Shown piece after piece: positions 50,501-62,500 of a stretch of DNA of 64,000 bases. The position numbers were made by a program, and so were the translations under genes. Source of the DNA: Phallusia mammillata (lineage: Eukaryota); contig OZ281498.1 in the NCBI GenBank assembly GCA_965637545.1, positions 26,474,001-26,538,000 of the forward strand. The letters are read 5' to 3'. Below the pieces are notes generated by a model. The model did no database searches. It worked only from the letters and a program-made list of their open reading frames with translations, and had not been told where the DNA came from. Position 1 is the first letter of the stretch. Every line of letters begins with the position of its first letter.

Positions 50501-53500
50501 CAGGTATGTTAGAATTTGTTAACAGATTAATGAACATCAATGTGGGCTGGGTGTTTAGTAAGAAACTTAATCTAAATATGTTCTTGTTTTCCTACGACTC
50601 ATATATTTTAAGCAAACAAACGAAATATCGAGTGTTGAAATGTCCGGAACTGAAAAGATAAGGGCAGTGAAGCCTTTCTTGTGTTTCTGTGTAATTTTAT
50701 TTCCAAGCTTAGTTCCGAAGTTTGCTGAAATCACTTCTCCTCCCCTTTTCCTAATATATGTTTTTTTATTTATTTTCGAGACAGTTTTACGATGCAATGA
50801 ACCAGTTGCTCCTGATCATGGCTCCGTCAACCCTCAGGGAATGAATTTCATCTACAGATCTCGTGTTGAGTTCAACTGCAATCATGGTTATGAGAACATC
50901 GGAAGCAATTCAGCAATTTGCAACGAAAACGCTACTTGGGAAGGAGCTGCGAATTGCATCGGTGAGCAAAATTTCCTAAATAATTTTAAAAAGCTTTTAG
51001 CTACGAGATTATAATAAAACTTGTGAGGTACAGTTTACTTGCGTTTGCTAATGTAGTCCTGCCTGCCTATTAGAATGGTTTATATGGTGTACATCAGTCA
51101 ACTAAAATTTGCTCCCGGTTTCGCACTGCATACGCACAATAGTTGTTACGCCCAAACGTTTAGACCAGGGGCGGCCCACGGCTGCATTTCTCGTATGGCC
51201 CACAGCTGTTGTTTCAAATTGTGTTGCGTAAGGCCAGCCATAGTTTAGAATTAGTTTTCTGGTTGTGGCGACTTGCGTCTCAACGCAAAAGATTTTTGTA
51301 AAACTTTATTTAGCTGTAAAAAGAAAGCAAACATGCTGCCGATACAATAAAATCCTTTAATTTCCGAAAAAATCAATATATTAGTGTTCTAATTCTACGG
51401 TTAAAAACTTCGCAAAAACAACGTTGGCCAGCGGGCGTCTTTACCTGGCAAAAATTGCACCCCGTTTAAAGAAGTTTGGGCACCCATGGGTTAGGCCTTT
51501 TGGCCACACCTGAACATTCTGTATAATCAACAAATATTATTGAATTTCGAGTGTAGACAAAAATACATCTCATGTTTGTTTACCAACAAGCTTATCACCG
51601 TGGTAAAAAAGCTTCTCACAAATCAGTTTAATTGCGAGATCAATTTTGTTGGCCTGAACTGTACAAAACGAAATAACCACAAACTGACGTACTCTTGCAA
51701 GCAATCCATATTCACACACCACGAAATGTAGCAGTTGTTCATTTCAAATGAAAAACGAATTGCTTTAACACATGTGATGTAAGCAACTTTTGCAAAGATA
51801 AACAAATTACCTTTGTCAAATGTTTTCAACAAACCGTATTTTTAAAGTCAACCTGGAATGCGATTTTGAAACCTACCGAACACCAACATGTGGATTTACA
51901 AACCTACGCAATGGTTGGACACGAACCCAAGTTCAACACAACAGACTTGGTCGACAAGGTACTGATTTTGTGATTTTTGTACATTACAGTTACATTCAAA
52001 GTGGTGTGTAAAAAACAGCCACCAAGCTATTTTTAACTAGTATTATTATTTCAATTGTTATCTATAAATTATCTATTCAGAAAAATACATTTTATAGTTT
52101 TCAAATGCGACCCTTGTAAAGTGGTTATGAATGCTTTTTCGCCACTTGACAGAGTTCAAAAGCTAAACTTTTATCGCAGGATACATTGCAGTGGCCCGAG
52201 CGTACCAAGATTTTCACCCCACTCTCACATCACCACCAGTGCCTAGAAACAATAACAAATGTTTCAAGTTCTTTTACAAGCTTGAAACTGCTGGTGCAGC
52301 GATGAACGTGAAGATTGGGGACCAGATAAAGTAGCCTTTTGCAGTTTTGTCAACATTTTACAAGTGATATTTACTTTGATGACTGCAATGATTGGGACTA
52401 TAAACGGGCCAAATGCCATGTTCAAGTGCTTGTCCTGCAACTCAATTCAACTATTTATTTATGTGTTGCAGAAGGGAGTATCGAACTCGACGTGCTGGAT
52501 GGCAAGCTGAAGAACTAAACGTGCCACAAAGTGAAACTGAAGCTACCATGTCATTTGTGGCAGCTTCTGGCACTGTGCATTTGGATGATATAACTGTGCT
52601 AAATGAATCGTGTAGTAAGTAAATTAAGCTCTAGGCTCCTGGAAGCTCATTTACTAACCTCAGATAACTACAACAAATCAGTAGCGTCTGAATAGGGAGG
52701 GCTCTATAACAACCAGTGATGGATTAAGCACTATGTAAACAATTCATTTACTTATGGTCAAACCACCAATGTCGACAGATTTGTACACTTTATATTCAAG
52801 TGCTATTGTAGGTTACTAACTACTCCACTGATTTTGCACGTTCCTACTATTTTGTTACACTGTCTACGAATCTGTTCAAAGTTTAACGATGAATATAATG
52901 GTCCAAATAGATGTAAAAAGCGACATGCTAAATTATTCAATTATATTGGCATTGTCTTATTCTTCCGTATTGTATTTTTTACGAGATTAGTTATGTCACA
53001 TCAATTTAGTCTTTGTTACACGAATCCCATGATGATTTATACATAAAACTCCTTACAGATTTATGCTGATAAAAACCATTTGGTCGATGTTAAGTGATGG
53101 TATTTGACTTATAAATACCACGCTTTTCTGTTAATTTTTTATTTATTTTTTCTTATACATTTTACAGTCATTTGTACATTTCATGCAACGCGTGTGTTTT
53201 AGGTGACGAGTGTCAAGTGAGGCCGTGTTTAAACGGTGGTACCTGTCGTGATGAAGTTGACAGCTACACATGTTTTTGCCGCCATGATTTTACTGGACGC
53301 ACTTGTTCTACAGGTACAGAAAATCATTAATTAATGTGAAAGTAAATGTTTACAAAATGTATGTTATTGCACGTTTACGTGAATTTAGTTTTGTTGCATG
53401 ATATTTTCTAGATGTTGGTTAAAAAAACGATTATATTTCTTCGCTACGTGTAAACAAAATAGACGCTATGTATTTTCCGACGCCAACCGGTTGTAAGGAA

Positions 53501-56500
53501 AAAAATCACCTTGCATCGCAAAATTTTATGTTTCTCAACTCACGGCGACAAAAAAACTTTTGAGTTTTTTAAAGAATCTCTAATCTAATGTATAAATCTG
53601 CAATGCATTCTAAAATGGTTTGTTGACAAGAACAACAGGTGCTGAAACAAGTTGAGAATCATTTCATTCAAACAAAACACATTTGAGTCTCTTTATATGA
53701 CTCCTTCGAATAGACACACACATTTACAAACAAATTACTTAAACCGTCTTTGCAGACCTGAAGTGTCCAGATTTTCCGCGCTGGATTGACAATGGCGAGG
53801 TTAGGATCACGTATCCTCGTGAAAGTCGTGGACATCACCTCCCTGGGGCTAGAGTCAGTTACGCATGCCAAGATGGTTACAAGATTAACAACACAAGATA
53901 TCAAACTTCGGTCACATATACCTGTCTTACAACCAAACAATGGAATGGAAACCCAAGTACCGTCTCATGTGTTAGTAAGTCAGTTAATAAACAGAATATG
54001 TTGTCCGCAAAAGACAAAAATTAATTCCCTGTCAGGTTATTTGATGTGTTCCACGTTTTTGCAGAAAAAACTTGCCCACCATTGAGAAGTATCATCAACG
54101 GACAAATGAATCCTGTATTTCAAGAGGGGTTGCGCCACCCAGTGGGCACAGTTGTTTCGTTCACATGTTCATCTGGCTACAGGTTGACCAACACATCACC
54201 GCTTCGTTGTCAGGATTCCGAAAGTTGGTCTAGAACCCAACCCAGTTGTCAAGGTAATATGTTGTAATCATGTTAATTTTCGACTTATCCTGTGTGATCG
54301 GTGGTTAGTTGAGATGGACACAAAATTATTGTTGCTCTGAGATTTTTTTAGTTTTATATATTTACTTGGCATGTCGAAATGTAATCGATGTATTTTCTGT
54401 ATCGTAATAATAGAGCGTCCTGTTTTTTCTTCAATTCAAATCCACAATGACAGCGTTAAACGGTATTCGTTTTGGATTACAAAAACTCTTACAGAAATTC
54501 ACAACACAAATTCAGTCTATTCGTATTCAAATATAAAAAATACATAATTAATAAACATAAACATAAACAGCAAACAAGTCAATTGAAAGTTAAACTGAAC
54601 ATCAGCCAAACAAATCAACTACTGAACACTAACACTACGTCAAGGTCTAAGCAGCAACAGCTTGGAAAACTGCCACATAACAAAACACTGATGCATAAAT
54701 AGTTTAACTCCTGCATCAAATAAAAATGACTAATGCATATAAGGCACAACAATTTAAAGGCAGACAAAATTTATTTGTGAAGACCACATTTTTCTAAGTG
54801 GCGATTTTAAACACAATACGTTTTTTAGTTTACTTTCAATAAACTCTTTGACAAAACTGCGCTGTGGCGATGTATTTGCAGAATTACAAAAATGTTAAGA
54901 TTATTCCGTGTTTTGTTTAAAACGCTTTTGCAGTGATAGGGTGCAGGAGTTTCAGAGTGGTTGATGGTCGTCTGATTCCACAACAAAATTCCTATGCTAC
55001 TGGTTCAACGGTTTCTATCGAGTGCAATGAGGGCTTCAGACTAAATGGGGTGAATTCCCGAAGCTGCTCTCAGAGTGGTGATTGGGTTGGAGAAATACCG
55101 GGGTGTACAGGTATGTTAGAATTTTAAGCACGAGTTTTTTACGCAAATGTGAGAACCCAAACAACAGGGTACACTGTTCTAGTGTTGGTTAAGTATTTTA
55201 AAACAAGCAACACATATGTTTTCAAACGTTTAACCGTAAATGTTTCACATAAATTACCTTACCCGAATCGATTGTTAAGGTTTTAGTGGTGCTTAGCAAC
55301 CAAATGAGCAATTTCGAAACTTTACATATATTACGTGCTTCAAAAATATGCAGTTTGAAGATATACAAAATGCTACTAAATAAAAAAATTTTGGTTTAAA
55401 ACGAAATCTGGGAGCATATTGGTGAAGAACTTGTTTACGGAAGTTACTCGATTGATATCTGTTTTACAGACATTGATAATTATCAATTGGTCCCTGACCC
55501 CTGCTCTACGTCATCAGTGAACGGTTACCAGCGATTACGTAACAACAAGAAAGCGGTCTGCGACAACCGTTGGACGGTAAATCACCAATATATGGAGAAT
55601 AACAATGGACAATTACAACACTGGTATATTTCCTGCATGACAGGTTTTTCAACGACGATTTGACGGAAGTGTGGATTTTAACCGAACCTGGCAGGAATAT
55701 AAAGATGGATTCGGAAAGATGGAAGGAGAATTCTGGCTCGGTGAACAAATAATTTTGTTTGAACGCGTAAACTGAATTTGACCAAACTTTAAACACCCAG
55801 GTTTGGATAAAATAAAAAGGATGGCAAGTGGACAGAATTGCAAACTGAAAATAAAGATGACAGGTTTTAATGCCACAACGGCTTACGCACAGTACAGGTA
55901 TGATTTCTACTACAAAAATAATATACCCATAAGGTGACGCTACAACTTGGTCATGTAATAGGTTATTTGTGGCAACCGGAGATTAAATTGGGCAGGAACT
56001 CGGCCGAATAGTCTGGCGCGCCTGACCACGTACAGACATAATAAAACACTGATCGGGTTCGAACCGCGTAAAAAAAACGATCATCAAATTGACCTATATT
56101 GAAGTAAAAATGTTATGTTGAAACATCTTATTTTAAAAATTAAAAAGTATTTAAAAGCAGTGAAAATATGTGGCTGGATCAGCGGTTCTCAAACTGGGGT
56201 CCGCCACGCAAATTCTGGGGGACCGCGAGGAGAAGTATTTCTACAAACTTATGTAATATAAGGTCTTGCGCGTCTATAAGCAAAAATTAGATAGACAAAC
56301 GAGCTTTTAAGGCAAAATGTGCTTCTGTTCTTTATTTTCAAGTAACAAACAGAGGCGATTGTTCGCGCACTATATTTATATTGTTTTAGTCTTGTTTTTG
56401 ACGTAATAAATTTGCTTTGAAACATTCCGACGCAAAGTGATCTTACGAAGTTAAACTAAATACATTCTGTGTGTTGTTATGGGAATGCTTTCGAAACGAA

Positions 56501-59500
56501 TAAATTAGTGTTTAGTATGGTAACTGGACAGTTTTATTTTTACAAAGTAATTTTATGAATAAGTTATATTTAGCTTGGACCGCAAGTGCTCGAAAAAAGC
56601 GAAGGGACCGTTATGACAAAAAATTAAAAAAGTGAGAGAACCACTGGTCTCGATTATCCGGTTTCGCCGCTCCTCTTAAGCGTGTAAAAATGGCACACCT
56701 TTACTTGGTGAAAAAGAGCATCTCGCCTAATTAACCTTTGTTGAAAAAGTGCTGAAATGCATCGGCAAAAAGTTTAATACGACCCAGTATAAAGTTACTG
56801 GGTCGGTTTACCGCACAGCTTTTCGCGCTGGTAAATAGGAAAATGACAATCATGTATTATCGCTAATAACAACAAATTGTTTTCACAGGACGAACATTCC
56901 AACGCTGAAAGTTCACTTTTTTATTCAACTTGGCAATAAGTTTTAACTAATTAATTCGCTTTTCTGTAATCAGCAATCAAACGCGACGGTCTTATTTCAT
57001 GGCGGTGTATTTATTCTCGCAAACAAGTTAAACTTCGGATAAACCACTGCAACTTGTCATAGCTGCTGGCTAAATGATATTCAACACCGTTCCAAGCAAA
57101 ACTAATCAAATTTCTTTGTCAAAACTTTTGCCTGTAGCAACACAAAACCTCTTGTCAATTCGATCGTTAATTAATTTATTTTTGCAACAAGACAAAATTG
57201 TGCAATAATCCCATAATCTACATGCTTTCGTGAGAAATGTTTTAAGACTTGGATGGACTTTTGTTAATTTGTTAGCGACAAAGTATTTCCTTTTCACATT
57301 CGAAATCATTGCTATTTCGCAGAACAAGTCTTTGTATAATACATGTTAAGTAATACTGTCTTATAACGGTGTGAAAGATTAAAAGAAGTGAAAACTAAGT
57401 AGGGAAATTTTAGTCACAAATTTAAAACCTTTCCTTTGCAGAACGAATCTTTGAAATTAGCCTATGTTTTAATTTATTAATGATTATCCCGTTATTTGGC
57501 TGTCCCAATAATTACACGACCTTGGATTGTTTGTTTTCTAAAAACGACTTTATTTTATTAAGAATATTAATTGACAAGGAAAATTACATTAGAGCTTTTC
57601 CACTCTCAGGAGAAACTGAGAAACGGCAAAAACATATTAACTGTTATTTTGCAAGTAAAAAAGCAATGAGGCTTTTTAAAAGTCATCACTGAACCTACTG
57701 GCCTGAAATCAGCCCTACGAGATGCGGGTGCAGCCGGTGCTGCGCGCCAAGGGCCATGACAGTATAGTCGGGTCATAAATATAAAACTAAAATAAACAGT
57801 AACGTGTAAACTTCTACTCTTTCCATAAAGACGCAAAGTGTTGGTGTAGTTCTCCAGTATAGCATTTTCATTCTCTCTTTTAATAGAAATACGGGCCAAT
57901 CTAGTTCTGACTAGTGTGCGAGTAGGGCCCATGAAATGTGTTGTTCCAGGACATGTTACTGCTCTCCAGGGCCTTGCCTGAAATTTTGAAACAAACAATG
58001 AGCATCGTATCTACATTGTTAATTTTTTTAACGCATTACAAGTTTTACAATGCACAACTTAAGATACATTTTTGTAACATGTGAAAATTTAAATTGGTTT
58101 AAACCAGGGAGTCGAACCCCTTGTTATACGGGTTCAGGTTCGGTTCGGGTTCTATGTTTTTTGGAGTTCGGTTTGCGGTTTGTAAACCAGTTTAAAATCC
58201 GTTGTCATTAATTTAATTCCACCCATAATTCCCCTTTTTTGAAACGCCCTGTAGCTCCTATGTCGCGTATTCTTCAGTACATTGTTTGAAATCAATAAAC
58301 TTTGTGATGGCGATTACAAAAAGTAATTATACAGGCTAATTATAAATTATACAGCATTAAAATTATAATTATACAGGCCGTCAATTCCGGTTCGAATTCC
58401 TGGTTTAAACTAGAGATGTACCGAATATTCGTTTGCCGAATTTATTCGCCCATTTCGGCATAGATTCGGTTTCGGCTGATTAATTTATTGCGATTTGGCC
58501 GAAACCAAATCTTTACGAACACACATTAAAGCGTTAAACATATCTTTTTCTGCTTTATAGCAACGAAAATCTTGTCAATAGTTTATTTTTTTACTAATCA
58601 GCAATTCATTGTCGGGTTGGAAATCATGATTTAGGCAATGTTAAACCCCGCAAAACTGAAATAAGGACGAAACAAAACCACACTGCACAAATTGCCTGGT
58701 TAAAACTTGTTTTATATCATGCTTTCATGTCAAACGGTAGCGTACGACTTCTCGTGACGTCAAAAATAATTTGGTTCATTCGGCCGAATTTGTTAATTGC
58801 CGAATATTCGGTTTCGGCCGAACTGAAATTGGGCCGATTCGGTACATCACCAGTTAAAACCTCGTTTTTTCACAAATCGGTAAAAAAACACCGCGTCAGG
58901 AAGAAAAAAATGAAGGAAAGCGATATTTGTTTCATTCAGATAAAGAATATGAACCCGAACCCCAAACAAAAATATGGTTCAACTCCGGTTCGGGTTTTGA
59001 GCACATTGCTTTTTCACGGATCAAGTTTAAATAATTGAACCGTTTTAATTAAGTATAACACCGTCATATAAAGGTGTAAAAAATGTTAAAAAATCTTTAG
59101 TAGGCTAGTGGGGAGTATTCAGTTACTGTTCTGATTTTAATTTATTGACGACATTTCAGTCATTTGTCTGCGCTAATAATTGAGAGTGGATTGTTCGTTT
59201 GCCAAAACAACGGACTGTATTTTATTTGGAACATTATTTTACAAGGAAAATTCCATCAGAGTTTTTCCACTCCCAGGATAAACTCCGAAACCGTAAAGAC
59301 ACAGCGCACCTCGAACAAACATGTTTCAAATATTCTTTTGTTTTCACAACTCGAAATCGTTTTCTATTTCGCAAGTAAAAAATCAATGAGGCTTTGTAAA
59401 AGTCATCACTAAACCGACTGGCCTGAAAATCAGGCCCTACGAGATGCGGATGCTCGGCGCCAGGGCACATAGTTCTCCAGTATAGCATTTTGATTCTCTC

Positions 59501-62500
59501 TTTTAATACAAATACGCAGTGCCGGATTAAGGGTTTTATAAGTGGAAAATCAGGGTTGCCAACTAAAAAATTGGAATTATCGGTGTTGCCAAATCATTGT
59601 CGCAAAGATGAAGTGGTCTGGATTTTTGACTGGCCTGTAGGCACGTGCCTACTTTGCCTAATGGTTAATCCGGCACTGCAAATACGGGCCAATCTAGTTC
59701 TGACTAGTGTGCGAGTAGGGCCCACAAAATGCCTAAAACTTTAAAACAAACAATGAGCATCATATCTACTTCGTTAAAAAAAATCCAGCGCATTACAAAA
59801 TTAATAATTTACAACTTCAGATACATACAGTGGCGTATCTAGGATCGGTTTTAGAGGGGGGGGGCAACAATATAAAATATATTGCCACCTTGCGATGCAG
59901 TGCGCCACCTTGCGGTAGACCTCTCTGTTAGCACCTGTTGTGCCTACTAAACTCGCAATATCAACTAAATGCTGGTTAGCCTAAGGCCCTGTGAAGCCCT
60001 TACTCTTGCTGTAAGTAAAGAACGTTATAGTCACGATTCGATCGTGTTCATGTAACACTTTTCAACACTCGACACAGTTGTTTCTAACAGTGGTTGCCTC
60101 TTAATCACCTTGCCCCCCAAATTGCCTGGTTAAAACTTGTTTTATATCATGCTTTCATGTCAAACGGTAGCGTACGTGTCAAACGGTAGCGTATGTTTTA
60201 TATCATGCTTTCATGTCAAACGGTTCTCGTGACGTCAAAAATAATTTGGTTCATTCGGCCGAATTTGTTAATTGCCGAATATTCGGTTTCGGCCGAACTG
60301 AAATTGGGCCGATTCGGTACACCCCGGTACCGGGGCAACATCGGACACTTGAGAGCCTTAGGAATTTGAGCTTTTACATGCATTTCTAGTTTGCTTTGGC
60401 AAGCGAAACTCCTACCCTTTTTCGGCAAAGGATCACCCTTTACAACAAACTAACATTTAAATTCATGTGACGCATATAAAAAAAATATTAGCAATTTTCA
60501 AAAAAACGTCTGAACCATCCCCGGTCTCCCCTACACAAAAATTTGTTTTTGTATTTTTCTAGTGTTTCTTAGCGTCTTTTCAAAGGTACGTGATGGCTGG
60601 GACCTGGTGTAACTATAAAGATTATGTTGCCTGCGCAGGTAGGACTTAAACTGTGTATTTGTCTTTTTTTGGTTATCTTGGGATTTTTAGTGAGGGAACC
60701 TTGGGATATCTTAAAATTCTCAGTGGCAGCCCTGGTATAATGTGTAAAATTTTAAATTTGTTTAAGCGAGGGATTCGAACCGCTTGTTATATGGGTTCAG
60801 GTTTGCTGCGGGTTAACTGTCTTTGGGGATTCGAGTTCGGTTTGTAAACCGGTTTAAATTCCGTTTCCATTAACTTAATTTTACCATAATCATTTTTTGA
60901 AACGCCCTGTAGCTCTATGTCGCGTATTCTTCAGTACATTGTTTGAAGTCAATAAACTTTGTGATGGCGATTACAGAAAATATAATACAGGCTGTATTTT
61001 TACCATTTCGTTTAAGGTTCAACGCCAAACAAAATATAGGGTCCAACTCCGGTTCGGGTTTTGAGCAAAACGTTTATTACGAATCAGGTTTAATGAATTT
61101 AACCGCGCAAGCCAGTTCGCGGGTTCGGGTTCAGTTCCGGTTCGACTCCCTGGTTTAAACCTCGTTTTTCACAAAACATGAAAATACAAAATCTCAAGGA
61201 AAGCGAAATGTGTGTCCTTAGAGAAGGCGACCCATAATAAACACAACTAGAAGGGTGGCTTTCTGATATACTTCCATTTTATATATTCTATACGATATTT
61301 ACCAATTTACTATACACATCATTTGATCTACACATATGATTGTTTTTGTAAACAAAAACTAATGGGTCCCCACACGCGTGTTTGTGCGGATTTACGGTAA
61401 ACAAATGTTGCGGTGACTTTTAGATTTTTAAGGACAAATTTTTAGAAAGCATTAACCCAACAATAAACATGTTTTGTTCGTATTCTTTTTGCACTATTAT
61501 TGTCATTTAATTACAAAAACATTAAAAAAGAACGAAACAAATACTTCAATTTAATCTCTTGCTTTGACCCAGATATTGTCGTCCAAGGTCGGGTTTTAAA
61601 CACATTTTTTTCAAGAAAACTGTAACAGTTGTGTTACAGACACTTTAAATTAAAAAGCAATTTGCTACAAGTGTACACATAATAATTCGTTTTTCATTTA
61701 ACTTTGTTTCGCAAAACCATTGACCTGTAGTAACCTCTCAGGGTGCAACGACTGTTTGACCTATTGACACCGTTTTCAATAGCACGCCGTTCTTACTGTT
61801 CAACAACACCGTTTAACCTAATTTATACATGCCTTGAGTGTTGATTCCTAAATTTATTGCCAAAAAAAACGCTACGTTATGACGAAAGAAAGTTCTGAAC
61901 TGTGTTAGTAATACCTACTAGTTGACCTTAAGTAACCCGTGGTCATGCGGCGGCTGACCTGACAACGAGCATTTAAAAAAAACATTTATCTTGCAAAAAT
62001 GTCAAGTTTATTTTTTCAACTTTATTTTGATTAACAAGTTTTGCTTGACATATACGAAACCGAAGCACGCTTATTAGGTTTAAATCACGTCATAGGTGTG
62101 AAACCTTTGCCAAAACTAAAAATGTGAGTGATAACTTAATAAAACGAAATAGCATTGCTGTGCAAAACAGCTGATTTCTGATCACCAAAACGACGTCTCG
62201 TAAAACGTCTGTCCGACGTCAAGCTGAGCCCTCCTGCTATCGTAAACCAGTGAGTTACTCTCTTGGGACTTCTGCCTACAGTGTCTTTCTTGACCAAACG
62301 AGCGTTAGACACATTTCCATTTCGGGGGCCTGTGGGTGAACCGCTGGGTAATTTGGGGTCAAACTTCTGGAGGATCAAGTTTGGATTAATAACTAACATA
62401 TGTCCAAATTTGAATAAATCTGAAGCACTCTTTCTTTACCAAACCAGCGTTAAAAATTTTACGTTTCGGGGGCCTGTGGGTGAACCCCTGGGTCATTCAG

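Larger units (their letters stand above)
37300..55110 (+). repeat. Tandem array 2: about four units of 4.6 kb (CCP-D, MAM, EGF, CCP-B, CCP-C, CCP-A)
   Basis: Period of 4595 bp between units (e.g. 39967, 44562, 49157), and 4597-4599 for the last unit. The middle units differ by only a few substitutions, introns included. Confidence 0.97.
57480..59830 (+). repeat. Direct duplication of about 600 bp (about 57480-58070 vs about 59160-59830)
   Basis: Shared blocks such as AAAAGTCATCACT.AACC.ACTGGCCTGAAA and GGGCCAATCTAGTTCTGACTAGTGTGCGAGTAGGGCCC. Confidence 0.8.

Noticed and set aside
32780-55110. CRISPR array or satellite DNA
   Set aside because: The units are kilobase-sized duplicated exon-intron blocks of a eukaryotic gene, with no repeat-spacer pattern.
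32843-55876. Repeated antisense and off-frame ORFs in the ORF track (e.g. MITCVVNL…, MQTRSVQ…, MTRLILQ…)
   Set aside because: They are shadows of the repeated sense exons or exon-plus-intron read-throughs.
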